A DNA stretch of 61,497 bases, counting the filler. It is 3 parts of 3 records of this genome, joined end to end, with 100 filler letters (N's around TTAATTAATTAA, not from the genome) between each part and the next. Parts side by side here need not be neighbours in the genome. Positions count along the whole stretch, not along the records: positions 1 to 29,856 come from SRR22947725_392; 2 more parts are not named here. One strand, given 5' to 3'. Below are positions 19,878 through 29,605 of this stretch, in pieces (positions within the stretch are counted from its first letter, which is position 1; every line of letters starts with the position of its first letter). The notes under the pieces are model-generated. The model had not been told where the DNA came from, made no database searches, and saw only the letters and a list, made by a program, of their open reading frames with translations. The position numbers were made by a program, and so were the translations under genes.

Positions 19878-21047
19878 ATGAAAATTATTGATGTTGAAAC
19901 TTATGTACTTCTAGCTGACAATTATGATCCAAGTTTAACATCATCAGCACAAGATACATGTTTGGTTATTATTAAGACTGATGAAGGTATAGAAGGGTAT
20001 GGAGAATGTGATACAAGTCCATGGGTAGCAAAAGCGTTTATTGAGTCTCCAGGGACACATACAATGGATCAATGTGTTAAAGAAATTCTTATTGGATCTG
20101 ATCCCCTTGAAATTGATTTACTGTGGGAAAAAATTTATGTTGGTACAGCAATGACAGGACGGAGAGGTGCTGGTGTGAATGCCATGAGTGCCGTTGATAT
20201 GGCATTATGGGATATTAAAGGTAAGGCTTTAAATAAACCAGTTTTTGAATTGCTAGGAGGAAAAGAACAAGATTTTGTTATTCCTTACGCCTCCTTACAA
20301 CCTGTTGGTCACTCTTTTGAAGAATATAGGGACTCTTTAGTGGCTTGGGCAGAAAAGGCAAAGAGCCTTGGATTTAAAGCTGTAAAATCTGAAGTTACAT
20401 TAAACGGACCTTACGCTCATAGTGGGCTCAATGAAAATGATGATAAAACAACTGAAGTAGTTGCTGCAGTAAGAAAAGCTTTAGGGCCAGATATTGAATT
20501 AATGATAGATGTACAATATCGATGGAAAGATGCAGAAGAAGCTTTGCGAACAGTAAAAGATTGGGCTGAATTTAATATTTATTTTTTAGAAACACCTGTG
20601 TGGACGGATGATATAAAAAGTTATGCAAGAATGCACGAAGAAGCCCCTATGAAAATAGCAGCAGGGGAATGGCTTAGTACCCGTTATGAGTTTGAAGATT
20701 TAATTTTAAATGGAAAAATTGATGTTGCCCAACCTGATGTAGGTCGTTGTGGAGGTTTAACAGAGGCAAAGAAAATCGCAAAATTTTCTCAGGAGAACAA
20801 TAGAATAATAGTCCCTCATTGCTGGAAAACTTCTGTTTCTATTTCAGCAACTGCTAACTTTGCTTTCAATACATCTAACTGTGCTTTTATTGAATATCTA
20901 CCCCCTCAATTATGTGTAGAAATTTTAAGAAAGGAACTTGCAACGGAAGGTTTTGATTTTGCTGATGGAAAAATATTACCTCCAACAAAACCTGGATTAG
21001 GAATTGAACTTAATAGAGATGCAATAAAAAAATATCAAGTTGCTTAA
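19878..21047 (+). CDS. MR/MLE enolase-superfamily enzyme 2 (paralog of 16954)
   Basis: Shares SSAQD, IESPGTH, PYASL, GPY.H, QPDVGR and PHCWK with enzyme 1. Confidence 0.9.
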   Translation: MKIIDVETYVLLADNYDPSLTSSAQDTCLVIIKTDEGIEGYGECDTSPWVAKAFIESPGTHTMDQCVKEILIGSDPLEIDLLWEKIYVGTAMTGRRGAGVNAMSAVDMALWDIKGKALNKPVFELLGGKEQDFVIPYASLQPVGHSFEEYRDSLVAWAEKAKSLGFKAVKSEVTLNGPYAHSGLNENDDKTTEVVAAVRKALGPDIELMIDVQYRWKDAEEALRTVKDWAEFNIYFLETPVWTDDIKSYARMHEEAPMKIAAGEWLSTRYEFEDLILNGKIDVAQPDVGRCGGLTEAKKIAKFSQENNRIIVPHCWKTSVSISATANFAFNTSNCAFIEYLPPQLCVEILRKELATEGFDFADGKILPPTKPGLGIELNRDAIKKYQVA

Positions 21048-21914
21048 TTAAAGCAGCCTAAACTCAACTGAAGATTCAAACTTTTTATTTTTTTTTAAAT
21101 TTCTTAAACCTGTGTATTCTTTTGAATATTTTTTTATTTGAAATGCATCACCTATGTTGGTTACGGGCTCAATACAAAAAAAACTTTCTTTTGGAGGAGT
21201 GTAAACATGTAAATTATTTAAATTTTTTTTATTAATAATTTCTAATGATATATCTTTATTTAATACAAGTTTTGATTTGCCATTCCAATTAAGAAAAGTT
21301 TTATCAATTTTATTTTTACCAAGATTTAATTGTTTAGCTAATGTAAGTTTTTTTTGTGTAAAATTATTTTTATTGTTTTCAATATAAGAAAAATTATTTG
21401 AGAAAATTTTTGATTCAGCACTGATGTTAAACCATGGATGAAAACCAATACCACAGTCAAAAGGTAAGTGATCTAAATTTGTAAGTCTTATAGAAATATT
21501 TAATGAAGTTTTATTTAAACTAAATTTTTGCCAAGCCTGGTATTTATGAGGGAAACTACTTTTCCCCTGATGTACATATATTAATTCAGCAGAAGTTTTT
21601 GTCCATTTTTTTACTTTCCATTTTTTTACCCAGCCTTCTCCATGGATAGTATCTGGCTCTAAAGGATGTGTTCTGGAAAGTTTGATATATTTATTTTTAT
21701 AGAAAAAAGTATTTTTGTGAATTACTCCAAAATATGGAATAGTTGCAAAATACCCTGAAAAATAACAGTTATTTTTTGTAATTTTTTTTGTTTCTGGAAA
21801 TGGTCTAAATATATCTTTGTTTTTTTTTCTATGAAAAAATTTTGTTATTGAGGCACCCATTTCAGGTGATATTTCGAGAAATAAATGTTTATTTTGCAAT
21901 GAAATTAAAGGCAT
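21048..21914 (-). CDS. Aldose 1-epimerase (galactose mutarotase-like)
   Basis: IHGEGW, GIGFHPWF and FFCIEP motifs. Confidence 0.85.
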   Translation of the reverse strand: MPLISLQNKHLFLEISPEMGASITKFFHRKKNKDIFRPFPETKKITKNNCYFSGYFATIPYFGVIHKNTFFYKNKYIKLSRTHPLEPDTIHGEGWVKKWKVKKWTKTSAELIYVHQGKSSFPHKYQAWQKFSLNKTSLNISIRLTNLDHLPFDCGIGFHPWFNISAESKIFSNNFSYIENNKNNFTQKKLTLAKQLNLGKNKIDKTFLNWNGKSKLVLNKDISLEIINKKNLNNLHVYTPPKESFFCIEPVTNIGDAFQIKKYSKEYTGLRNLKKNKKFESSVEFRLL

Positions 21915-21916
21915 TA

Positions 21917-22786
21917 TTATTGATTAAGATTGCTATAAGGTATTTTTTGCCCTGTAAAGTTTGTTTTAATTATAAAGGATGAACCAGAGTATCTGTATGT
22001 TTGCATCTGGGTTTTAGTAGTTTCAATTTTTGCAGAAGTTACAAAAATATGGTTAAGTTTTTTTCCAACAAAAGTTACACTTGTTATATTTAAAGCTGGT
22101 ATTTTAATTACAACATCGATTTTTTTTGTTTTTAAATTAATTCTTGAAATCTGTCCTCCAGCCCAATGAGCGACCCATAGGCCATTCTCTTTATCCAAAG
22201 CAATACCATCGGGAAAACCTTGATTTTTTTTAAATTTGTAAATCAATTTTTTCTTTAATGTTTTTAAATTGTATTGATAAATAGTAGAATTTAAAGAGTT
22301 AGAAAAATAAAGACTGTTTTGTTTTTCATCAATAGCCGGACCATTGGAGACTTTAAAACCTTGATCAAGTTTATTAAATTTGTTGTTCTGTAAATATCCA
22401 AAATATCCTAAGTTTTTAGTTTCTTTGATATGACTCAAACCAATCCATAGTTTTTTTTTTGTAATTGTACCATCATTGTAAGAAATTTTATGTAATTCAT
22501 CTGTCTCTCTTATATCTTGATAATATTTAATTGTTTTTTTATTACGATCATAAATATGCAAACCATCTAAGTTACTGATAATAAATTGACCATTATGCAT
22601 AGGATAAATATTACCTAAAGGTTTAGGTAAGTTTAATTTTTCTTTTGATAAAGTTTTGTTTGTTATAGAATAAAAAAAAACTGAAGGATTAAGAAGGTCT
22701 AAAAAAACAATTTCATTTGTTTTATATAAATAAAAACCACTCTCACCCAATAATGTTTTGCTATCCAAAATATCAAAATCAAACAT
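21917..22786 (-). CDS. SMP-30/gluconolactonase family lactonase
   Basis: LGES, NDG, SNGP and PDGIALD..GLWVAHW motifs. Confidence 0.85.
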   Translation of the reverse strand: MFDFDILDSKTLLGESGFYLYKTNEIVFLDLLNPSVFFYSITNKTLSKEKLNLPKPLGNIYPMHNGQFIISNLDGLHIYDRNKKTIKYYQDIRETDELHKISYNDGTITKKKLWIGLSHIKETKNLGYFGYLQNNKFNKLDQGFKVSNGPAIDEKQNSLYFSNSLNSTIYQYNLKTLKKKLIYKFKKNQGFPDGIALDKENGLWVAHWAGGQISRINLKTKKIDVVIKIPALNITSVTFVGKKLNHIFVTSAKIETTKTQMQTYRYSGSSFIIKTNFTGQKIPYSNLNQ

Positions 22787-22800
22787 TATAAAATTATTTG

Positions 22801-23955
22801 TTAAAAAACTTTTTTCTTATTGATATAAATATCTACATCAACTTTATATTGCTCTAGAGCTTTTTGATTTATTTTCATTCCATGACCAATCTCTTCAGGT
22901 ATGTTTATATTACCATCATTATCTAATGTAATGTGATTATCTGTTAAATCCCAAGCAAGTGATTTTAACTGCTGGGGAAATTCAGCAAAAAAACTTTTAG
23001 AAGAATTCGCATATGGTTGTAGCGATGCAGAAAGTTGCAAATGTGAAGTGAAAGTGTGATTAACATATTGAACTTCAGATTGTTCTGCAAAGTCACATAT
23101 TTCTTTTCCAGCAAGAATACCTCCTGCAATTCCAGCATCTATTTGTATAAATTTTACCTTTCCAAACCTGATCATATTTTTTGCTGATTCAATAGAATGG
23201 CATGATTCACCACCAGCTAGAGGTAGATTAGTTTTTTTATACAATTCACTATATTCAAAAAAAGCATCTGAATAAAATGGCTCTTCTAACCAAGTAATTT
23301 TAGCATTATTAAATATATTATTTCTTTTTACCGCTTCTTCAACATTAGTTCCCCAAATAGCTCCAACATCAACCATCAAGTGTAATTCTTGCCCAATAGC
23401 TTCTCTTGCAGCAATAAGATGCTCTTCATCTAATTGAAAATTTTTACCAAAATTTTGCCATCCAAATTTAATTGCTCTAAAATTTTTTTCTTTTATTAAT
23501 TTTCCTATATTAAAAGTTTCTTGAGGAGTTTTACCAAACAACACAGAGGCATAAGCAATTTTAGGTGTTGTTTTTTCATATCCCAATAATGAGTAAATTG
23601 GGGATTGTTCTTTTTTTCCAAGTAAATCTAATAGAGCTACTTCTATTCCAGAAAAAGTATGAGGCGTTTGAGCAATCATGAGTGATTTATGCTTTACCTC
23701 ATTAATAATTTTTTTTATGTCTTCTAAATTATTGATACTTTTATCTAGGATAGAAGTTATAATTGGATTAGCAGCAGAATGTGATTTTGGACAAATAAAA
23801 TTTGCAATTGAAGTTAGGGGAGAGGCTTCACATTCACCCCATCCAACAAAACCACCAGCTTCTACCTTAACAATTAGTGCGTCTTGACTTCCATCTGCCT
23901 CATCTAATATTTCTGGCATAGATAGGTAGTTTAGTTCTATATTGTCTATTTTCAT
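22801..23955 (-). CDS. MR/MLE enolase-superfamily enzyme 3 (distinct subfamily)
   Basis: DGSQD, GWGECEASP, KFGW, LMVDVG, WLEEP, AGGE and NHTF motifs. Confidence 0.88.
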   Translation of the reverse strand: MKIDNIELNYLSMPEILDEADGSQDALIVKVEAGGFVGWGECEASPLTSIANFICPKSHSAANPIITSILDKSINNLEDIKKIINEVKHKSLMIAQTPHTFSGIEVALLDLLGKKEQSPIYSLLGYEKTTPKIAYASVLFGKTPQETFNIGKLIKEKNFRAIKFGWQNFGKNFQLDEEHLIAAREAIGQELHLMVDVGAIWGTNVEEAVKRNNIFNNAKITWLEEPFYSDAFFEYSELYKKTNLPLAGGESCHSIESAKNMIRFGKVKFIQIDAGIAGGILAGKEICDFAEQSEVQYVNHTFTSHLQLSASLQPYANSSKSFFAEFPQQLKSLAWDLTDNHITLDNDGNINIPEEIGHGMKINQKALEQYKVDVDIYINKKKVF

Positions 23956-24024
23956 CAATTTCTCAATATTAATTTATTTAAGTAAATTTATTTCTATTTA
24001 ACTAAAATTTAATTTAACAAATCT

Positions 24025-24354
24025 TTAATCTAAATGAAATATTTCATCCATCATGACCCATGACTCATTATTTTCATTGTTTGGAAAGGGGTTAAAGCAA
24101 CTTATCATTAATTTAGTCCATTTATCAACAATAGGTATCTTTTGCATTTCAGCCATATCACTATCAAAATCATTCCCATCATATTCTAGGTAGCCAAACA
24201 TAAAATCTTCTTTTAGGTAAATACTATAGTTTTTAACATTAACTTTCTTAAGCTCTTCTAATACTTCTGGCCAAACAGCAGCATGGTTTTCAATATAGAA
24301 ATCCCTTTTTTCATTTTTAAGTCTCACTGCCATGGCATATCTCTGAGTACTCAT
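24025..24354 (-). CDS. rhaM: L-rhamnose mutarotase-family protein
   Basis: Y...H..VWPEV, NYSIYL, FGYLEY, W..M.EIFH. Confidence 0.85.
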   Translation of the reverse strand: MSTQRYAMAVRLKNEKRDFYIENHAAVWPEVLEELKKVNVKNYSIYLKEDFMFGYLEYDGNDFDSDMAEMQKIPIVDKWTKLMISCFNPFPNNENNESWVMMDEIFHLD

Positions 24355-24478
24355 TTTATTCCTTTCAGCTGTAAATTATAATACAATCGTAATAATAATT
24401 ATTATTATAAACAATATCTATTATTCAATTCAAATATAAAGTTTGATTTTGTATGTAAAAATATTAATGTAAAATTTT

Positions 24479-25567
24479 ATGACTCTATTTAATTCCAACG
24501 ATATTGCAAACCTTAACTCAACAATTCCTTTACCCAGTAAACCAAAAAAAATAGTTATTATAGGCGCTGGAGGAATAGTAAGTGACGCCCATTTACCTGC
24601 TTATAAAAAAGCTGGTTTTGAAGTATTAGGTATTTTTGATCCTCAAAAAGATAAAGCTACTAAGTGCGCTGAGATTTTTAATATTGAAAAAGTTTATTCT
24701 TCTGAAGATGAAGCGTTTTTAGAAAAAGATGTTGTCTTTGATATTGCAGTTCCACCTCAGGTATTGGCTGAGGTAGTAAAAAAAATACCTCAAGGCTCTG
24801 TATGCCAACTTCAAAAGCCGATGGGCAACAGCATGGAAGATGCTAGGTTAATAAAAAAAATAATTAAAGAAAATAAGATAATTGCTTGTGTCAATCTACA
24901 GCTAAAATTTAGTCCAATGATGATTGCTTTACGAGAAGCTATTAACAAGAATATGATTGGTGATATCAATGAGTTAGAGATTAGTTTAAGTGTCAAAACT
25001 CCCTGGCATTTATGGCCTTTCTTGGAAACATTGGATAACGTAGAGGTACCATTGCACTCTATTCATTATTTAGATTGGATACGTTCTGTTCTTGGAAATC
25101 CAAGAAGCGTTCATTGCAAATCTGTTAAACATCCAAGTGTACCAAAATTATCAGATGCACGTTCCAGCATTATACTTGAATATGAAAAAGATATAAGGTG
25201 TTGTCTTTCTATTAATCATACTCATAATACAGATATGCACGGAATGAAACATTCTCATGCATATGCAAGAGTTGAGGGGTCAAAAGGTGCGGCTTATATT
25301 AAATTTGGATTATTATTAAATTATCCTAAGGGTGAGCCAGAAGAAATTGAAATAAGTACGGAAGGTACAGAATGGACTAAGGTAAATAAGGTAGGAACAT
25401 GGTTTCCAGATGCTTTTATTGGAACGATGTCTAGTTTACAAAGATATGCATCAGGTGAAGAAAAAAATTTATTGCACTCAGTTGATAATGCCTATGAAAC
25501 TATGGCTCTTGTTTACGCTTGTTTAAAGTCAAATGAAACCTTAGGTACGTCAGTAGAATATAATTAG
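24479..25567 (+). CDS. Gfo/Idh/MocA family oxidoreductase (sugar dehydrogenase)
   Basis: IGAGGIV..AHLPAY, QKP, HSIHYLD and WFPDAFIG motifs. Confidence 0.87.
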   Translation: MTLFNSNDIANLNSTIPLPSKPKKIVIIGAGGIVSDAHLPAYKKAGFEVLGIFDPQKDKATKCAEIFNIEKVYSSEDEAFLEKDVVFDIAVPPQVLAEVVKKIPQGSVCQLQKPMGNSMEDARLIKKIIKENKIIACVNLQLKFSPMMIALREAINKNMIGDINELEISLSVKTPWHLWPFLETLDNVEVPLHSIHYLDWIRSVLGNPRSVHCKSVKHPSVPKLSDARSSIILEYEKDIRCCLSINHTHNTDMHGMKHSHAYARVEGSKGAAYIKFGLLLNYPKGEPEEIEISTEGTEWTKVNKVGTWFPDAFIGTMSSLQRYASGEEKNLLHSVDNAYETMALVYACLKSNETLGTSVEYN

Positions 25568-26383
25568 ATGAAAAAAAATAAAAAAAATTATAGTGCTCCC
25601 GCGCTTGAAAAAGGTCTAGATATAATTGAGCTTCTATCAGATACAAAATCAGGTTTGAGTCAAGCTGAGATTGCAAAAAAATTAAACAGAACAGTTAACG
25701 AAATTTATAGAATGCTTAATATTTTAGTTGCAAGAAATTATATTGAATTAGAAAATAGTACTGAACGCTATCAATTAACGTATAAACTTCTTCAAATTTC
25801 ATCGAGACATCAGCCAATAAAAGGTTTAATGCAAAAAGCAATACCAGTTATGCGAGAAATTGCTCAACTTACAAACCAATCTCTTCATTTATCAATTTAT
25901 TATGCAGGCAAATTATTAATAATAGGGCAAGTTGATAGCCCTTCAAAAACTAATTATTCTGTTCCCACTGGTTCAACTTTTGATTTGTTGGCAACTTCAT
26001 CAGGCAGAGTAATTTTAGCTTATCAAACAAATGAAGAGAGAAAAAGAAGATTAGAAAGAAGAAAACTTTTTCTTCAATATGAAGATAAAAAACTTGCTAA
26101 ATCAAAAGAGATTCATTCCTTGGAGAAAAAATTTACAACAAAAACAGTTCACGAAATAATTAAAAATAAATGTGAAGTTGTTAAAAGCTTACAAGTTGAT
26201 GGTGTAACAAATATTTGTGCTCCTGTCTTTGATCATACAAATCAAGCAATAGCAGCTATAACTATTCCTTATTTACATAAAATTAACAGAACAAAGAATG
26301 ATATGAGCATAAAAGATGCGACTAAATTGCTTAAAAGTAAATCTTTTATTCTCTCTAAAGGTTTAGGGTTAAATTCTGATTAA
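25568..26383 (+). CDS. IclR family transcriptional regulator
   Basis: YSAPALEKGLDIIE HTH, TSSGRVILAY, ICAPVFD. Confidence 0.9.
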   Translation: MKKNKKNYSAPALEKGLDIIELLSDTKSGLSQAEIAKKLNRTVNEIYRMLNILVARNYIELENSTERYQLTYKLLQISSRHQPIKGLMQKAIPVMREIAQLTNQSLHLSIYYAGKLLIIGQVDSPSKTNYSVPTGSTFDLLATSSGRVILAYQTNEERKRRLERRKLFLQYEDKKLAKSKEIHSLEKKFTTKTVHEIIKNKCEVVKSLQVDGVTNICAPVFDHTNQAIAAITIPYLHKINRTKNDMSIKDATKLLKSKSFILSKGLGLNSD

Positions 26384-26487
26384 TTAAACTCGTTATCAAA
26401 ATTTATAACTTAATTCTTATTTGTCTTTTCTTTTTTGTATCTTCTGTCTAATATATAAAAAATATATTAAAATTATGGAGGAAAATT

Positions 26488-27813
26488 ATGTTAAGAATAA
26501 TTCTTAGTTTTATTTTTGCCACTTCTTTGTTCGGTACTATTTCTGCTAAAGCAGAAACAGAACTTTGGGGAGACTATAACGGTGTTACCCTTAGAGTGAA
26601 GTTGATTGGTGGAGGTCAATACGAAAACTTATATAATGAAGTTATTCCTTGGTGGGAAGAAAATACAGGTGGAAAAATTGAAATTGTTACTCAAAAAAAC
26701 CACTTTGAATTGGATAAAGAAATTAAAAAAGATATCGCTTCTGGTAACCTTGATTTCTGTGTAGCTTCAAATCATACAAGTTTTGCTGCTCAATATGGAA
26801 GTATCTATACTGATCTGAATGATATTATGCCAGCTTCAGTTCTAGCTGACTATACGCCATTAATTTTAGATCACTCAACAGTTGATGGAAGACTTGTTCA
26901 AATGCCAAGACATAGTGATGTAAGTAGTTTGTATTATCAAAAAAGTTTATATGAAGATGCTGATAACAAAGCTAATTTCAAAGCTAAATATGGTTATGAT
27001 CTAACTCCACCTGATACATGGGATCAAGTTAAAGATCAGGCAATTTTCTTTTCTAATCCTCCTGATTTCTATGGAACTCAGTATGTTGGTAAAGAAGAAG
27101 CAATCGCAGGTCGTTTTTATGAGTTAGTTGTAGCAAATGGTGGTGCTTTATTTGATGAAGATTACCGACCAATATTTAACTCAGATGCTGGTATAGAATC
27201 ACTGCAATGGTTTATTGATTTATACAATGCAAAAGCTGTTCCTGAAGGGGTATTAAATTATCTTTGGGATGATACAGGTCTTGGATTTGCTAGTGGAACA
27301 ATTGCAATGAACCTCGACTGGGCTGGTTGGGCTGGTTTCTTTAATGATCCAGAAAACTCAAAAGTTGCAGGTGATATTGGTTTGATTAGAGCCCCTATGG
27401 GATCTGGAGGACTCAGAACAGGTTGGTCTGGTTCACATACTTTCTCTATGACTGAGTCTTGTCCTAATAAAGATGCTGCTGCATCTTTCATGTGGGCTTT
27501 AACAAGTAATAAAGCTCAAATGATTGAAGCAAGAGGGGGTTTATCACCTACTAGACCAGCTATCTGGGATGCTATTATTGCTGAAAAAGAGGCTGAAGGT
27601 GATGAATTTATGTTAATGGTTTTTGAAACTTTTAAACAATCATTATCATTAGACGCTTTTACTCCTCCACTAATTCCAGAGTGGATCGAGTTCACTAACG
27701 TGCTATATCCTGAACTTCAGGCTGCTATTCTTGGGGATAAAACACCTGAGCAAGCTTTAGAAACTGCTTCTAAAAAAGCTACTGAAATTATGGAAGATGC
27801 AGGTTACTTCTAA
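26488..27813 (+). CDS. CUT1 sugar ABC transporter substrate-binding protein
   Basis: Signal peptide, GGAGG SD, PPDTWDQ and GWSGSH motifs; followed by two permeases and a MalK-type ATPase. Confidence 0.9.
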   Translation: MLRIILSFIFATSLFGTISAKAETELWGDYNGVTLRVKLIGGGQYENLYNEVIPWWEENTGGKIEIVTQKNHFELDKEIKKDIASGNLDFCVASNHTSFAAQYGSIYTDLNDIMPASVLADYTPLILDHSTVDGRLVQMPRHSDVSSLYYQKSLYEDADNKANFKAKYGYDLTPPDTWDQVKDQAIFFSNPPDFYGTQYVGKEEAIAGRFYELVVANGGALFDEDYRPIFNSDAGIESLQWFIDLYNAKAVPEGVLNYLWDDTGLGFASGTIAMNLDWAGWAGFFNDPENSKVAGDIGLIRAPMGSGGLRTGWSGSHTFSMTESCPNKDAAASFMWALTSNKAQMIEARGGLSPTRPAIWDAIIAEKEAEGDEFMLMVFETFKQSLSLDAFTPPLIPEWIEFTNVLYPELQAAILGDKTPEQALETASKKATEIMEDAGYF

Positions 27814-27822
27814 AAATATTTA

Positions 27823-27852
27823 TCCAAGCTCTATTATATAATAGAGCTTGGA
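27823..27852. other. Perfect 30-bp palindrome between SBP and permease (likely mRNA-stabilising hairpin)
   Basis: TCCAAGCTCTATTATATAATAGAGCTTGGA is its own reverse complement. Confidence 0.65.
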
Positions 27853-27864
27853 AATTCCTTTCAA

Positions 27865-28752
27865 ATGAAAAAATTTCTTAATGGTCCATGGGTATTAATA
27901 TTACCAACAATCATAGTACTAACCTGTGTCGTTTTTTTACCGTTATTGCTCTCTCTCTGGACTAGTTTTACACCTTTCAAACTAACAAAGCCGGATACTC
28001 TTTATAGATTTGTTGGACTAAGAAATTATGAAAGATTAATCGGTGATTATGATTTTTGGGTTGCCTTTGGAAGAACAGTTTTATTTTTAACTATAGCTTT
28101 AAATCTCGAATTAGTGTTTGGATTAGGAATAGCTCTGTTAATTAATAAGATAACCTACGCTCAAAAAACTTTAAGAACTTTAATGATGTTTCCTATGATG
28201 TTTTCACCAATTCTTGTTGGCTTTCAATGGAAATATATTTTTAATGATAATATTGGTCTATTAAATAATTTTTTACGAGAGTTTGGGGTTATCAATCCTA
28301 TACCATGGTTAGTTGATGCAACTTTAGCTAATTTTTCAATAATGGCTGCTGAGATTTGGTCAAGTACTTCAGTTTTTGCTATTCTGCTCCTTGCTGGTTT
28401 AATGGGTATACCAAAAGATCCAATTGAAGCAGCTAAAGTGGACGGATGTAATTCTTGGCAAGTCTTTAAAAATATCACTCTTCCTTTTTTAATGCCATTT
28501 ATTTTTATTGCTATGACTATTCGATCATTAGATGTTGCAAGGGCCTATGATATTGTGCAAATGATGACTGGGGGTGGTCCAGCAAAAAGGACTGAATTAT
28601 TATGGACCTTGATTTCAAGAACAGGGTATGTTGATGCCAAGATGGGTATGGCAAACGCTATGTCATATATTTCTATTTTTTTATCAATAGCCTTCACTTT
28701 CTTTTTCTTTTATAAATTAATGGAGGCAAGAAAAATACTAAGCTATGACTAA
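27865..28752 (+). CDS. Sugar ABC permease (MalF/UgpA-like)
   Basis: FVGLRNY, EAAKVDG and MTGGGP motifs. Confidence 0.9.
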   Translation: MKKFLNGPWVLILPTIIVLTCVVFLPLLLSLWTSFTPFKLTKPDTLYRFVGLRNYERLIGDYDFWVAFGRTVLFLTIALNLELVFGLGIALLINKITYAQKTLRTLMMFPMMFSPILVGFQWKYIFNDNIGLLNNFLREFGVINPIPWLVDATLANFSIMAAEIWSSTSVFAILLLAGLMGIPKDPIEAAKVDGCNSWQVFKNITLPFLMPFIFIAMTIRSLDVARAYDIVQMMTGGGPAKRTELLWTLISRTGYVDAKMGMANAMSYISIFLSIAFTFFFFYKLMEARKILSYD

Positions 28753-29605
28753 AAAACAAATAAATAATATATTGATTTGGATTAGTGCAATTTTTTTAAT
28801 GCTATTAATCATGACACCAGGTTTGTGGGTTGTTCTAACTGCTTTTAGACCTCAAGTGGATATTATGGCTAAACCAGCTGTTTGGATTCCAAGAAATTTA
28901 AGTTTCAATCAATTTGAAACTATGTTGTTTGGGGGATCAGAAGGATCTATGGGAAGAAGTCCCGTTCCTGTGCTGAGTTATCTTCGTAATTCCCTAATTA
29001 TTTCTATTGTTAGTACATCAGTAGCAGTATTTATAGGTACTTTAGGTGGATATGCATTTGCACGTCATGATTTTAAGGGAAAAAATAGTTATTTTTTTTT
29101 AATTATGTTAACTAGGGCAATACCAGGTATCTCTCTAAGCTTGCCTATATTTATCTTATTTTCTAAAATTGGAATAATAGATACCCACTTTGGAATTATA
29201 ATCGTTTTTGTTGCTCTCAATGTTCCTTTTACTATTTGGCTTACAGATGGTTTCTTTCGACAAATACCAAGGGCAATGTCGGAAGTTGCTATGACGGATG
29301 GATGTACACGTTTACAGGCTTTTTGGCACATTGAATTACCTTTATCGAAGTCAGGTATAGCTTCTGCAGGTATTTTTGCTTTTTTAATTTCATGGAATGA
29401 ATTTGCTCTTGTTTCTAATTTAGCTAGAAGCACAGATTCAAAAACATTAACAGTTGGTTTAATGGATTTTACATCACAGTTTACAATTAATTGGCCAGGT
29501 ATGTGCGCATTAGCAGTATTTATAATTATTCCTGCACTTATTTTAACATTTATGGTTCAAAAACATTTAGTTTCAGGTTTAACATTTGGAGGAGTAAAAG
29601 GATAA
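28745..29605 (+). CDS. Sugar ABC permease (MalG/UgpE-like)
   Basis: NSLIIS, GYAFAR, WNEF and [15 protein letters not shown] motifs. Confidence 0.9.
   Translation: MTKKQINNILIWISAIFLMLLIMTPGLWVVLTAFRPQVDIMAKPAVWIPRNLSFNQFETMLFGGSEGSMGRSPVPVLSYLRNSLIISIVSTSVAVFIGTLGGYAFARHDFKGKNSYFFLIMLTRAIPGISLSLPIFILFSKIGIIDTHFGIIIVFVALNVPFTIWLTDGFFRQIPRAMSEVAMTDGCTRLQAFWHIELPLSKSGIASAGIFAFLISWNEFALVSNLARSTDSKTLTVGLMDFTSQFTINWPGMCALAVFIIIPALILTFMVQKHLVSGLTFGGVKG

Noticed and set aside
16987-29433. Short antisense ORFs inside the enolases, RidA, DgaE-like, Gfo and ABC genes
   Set aside because: Fully overlapped by well-supported genes on the opposite strand
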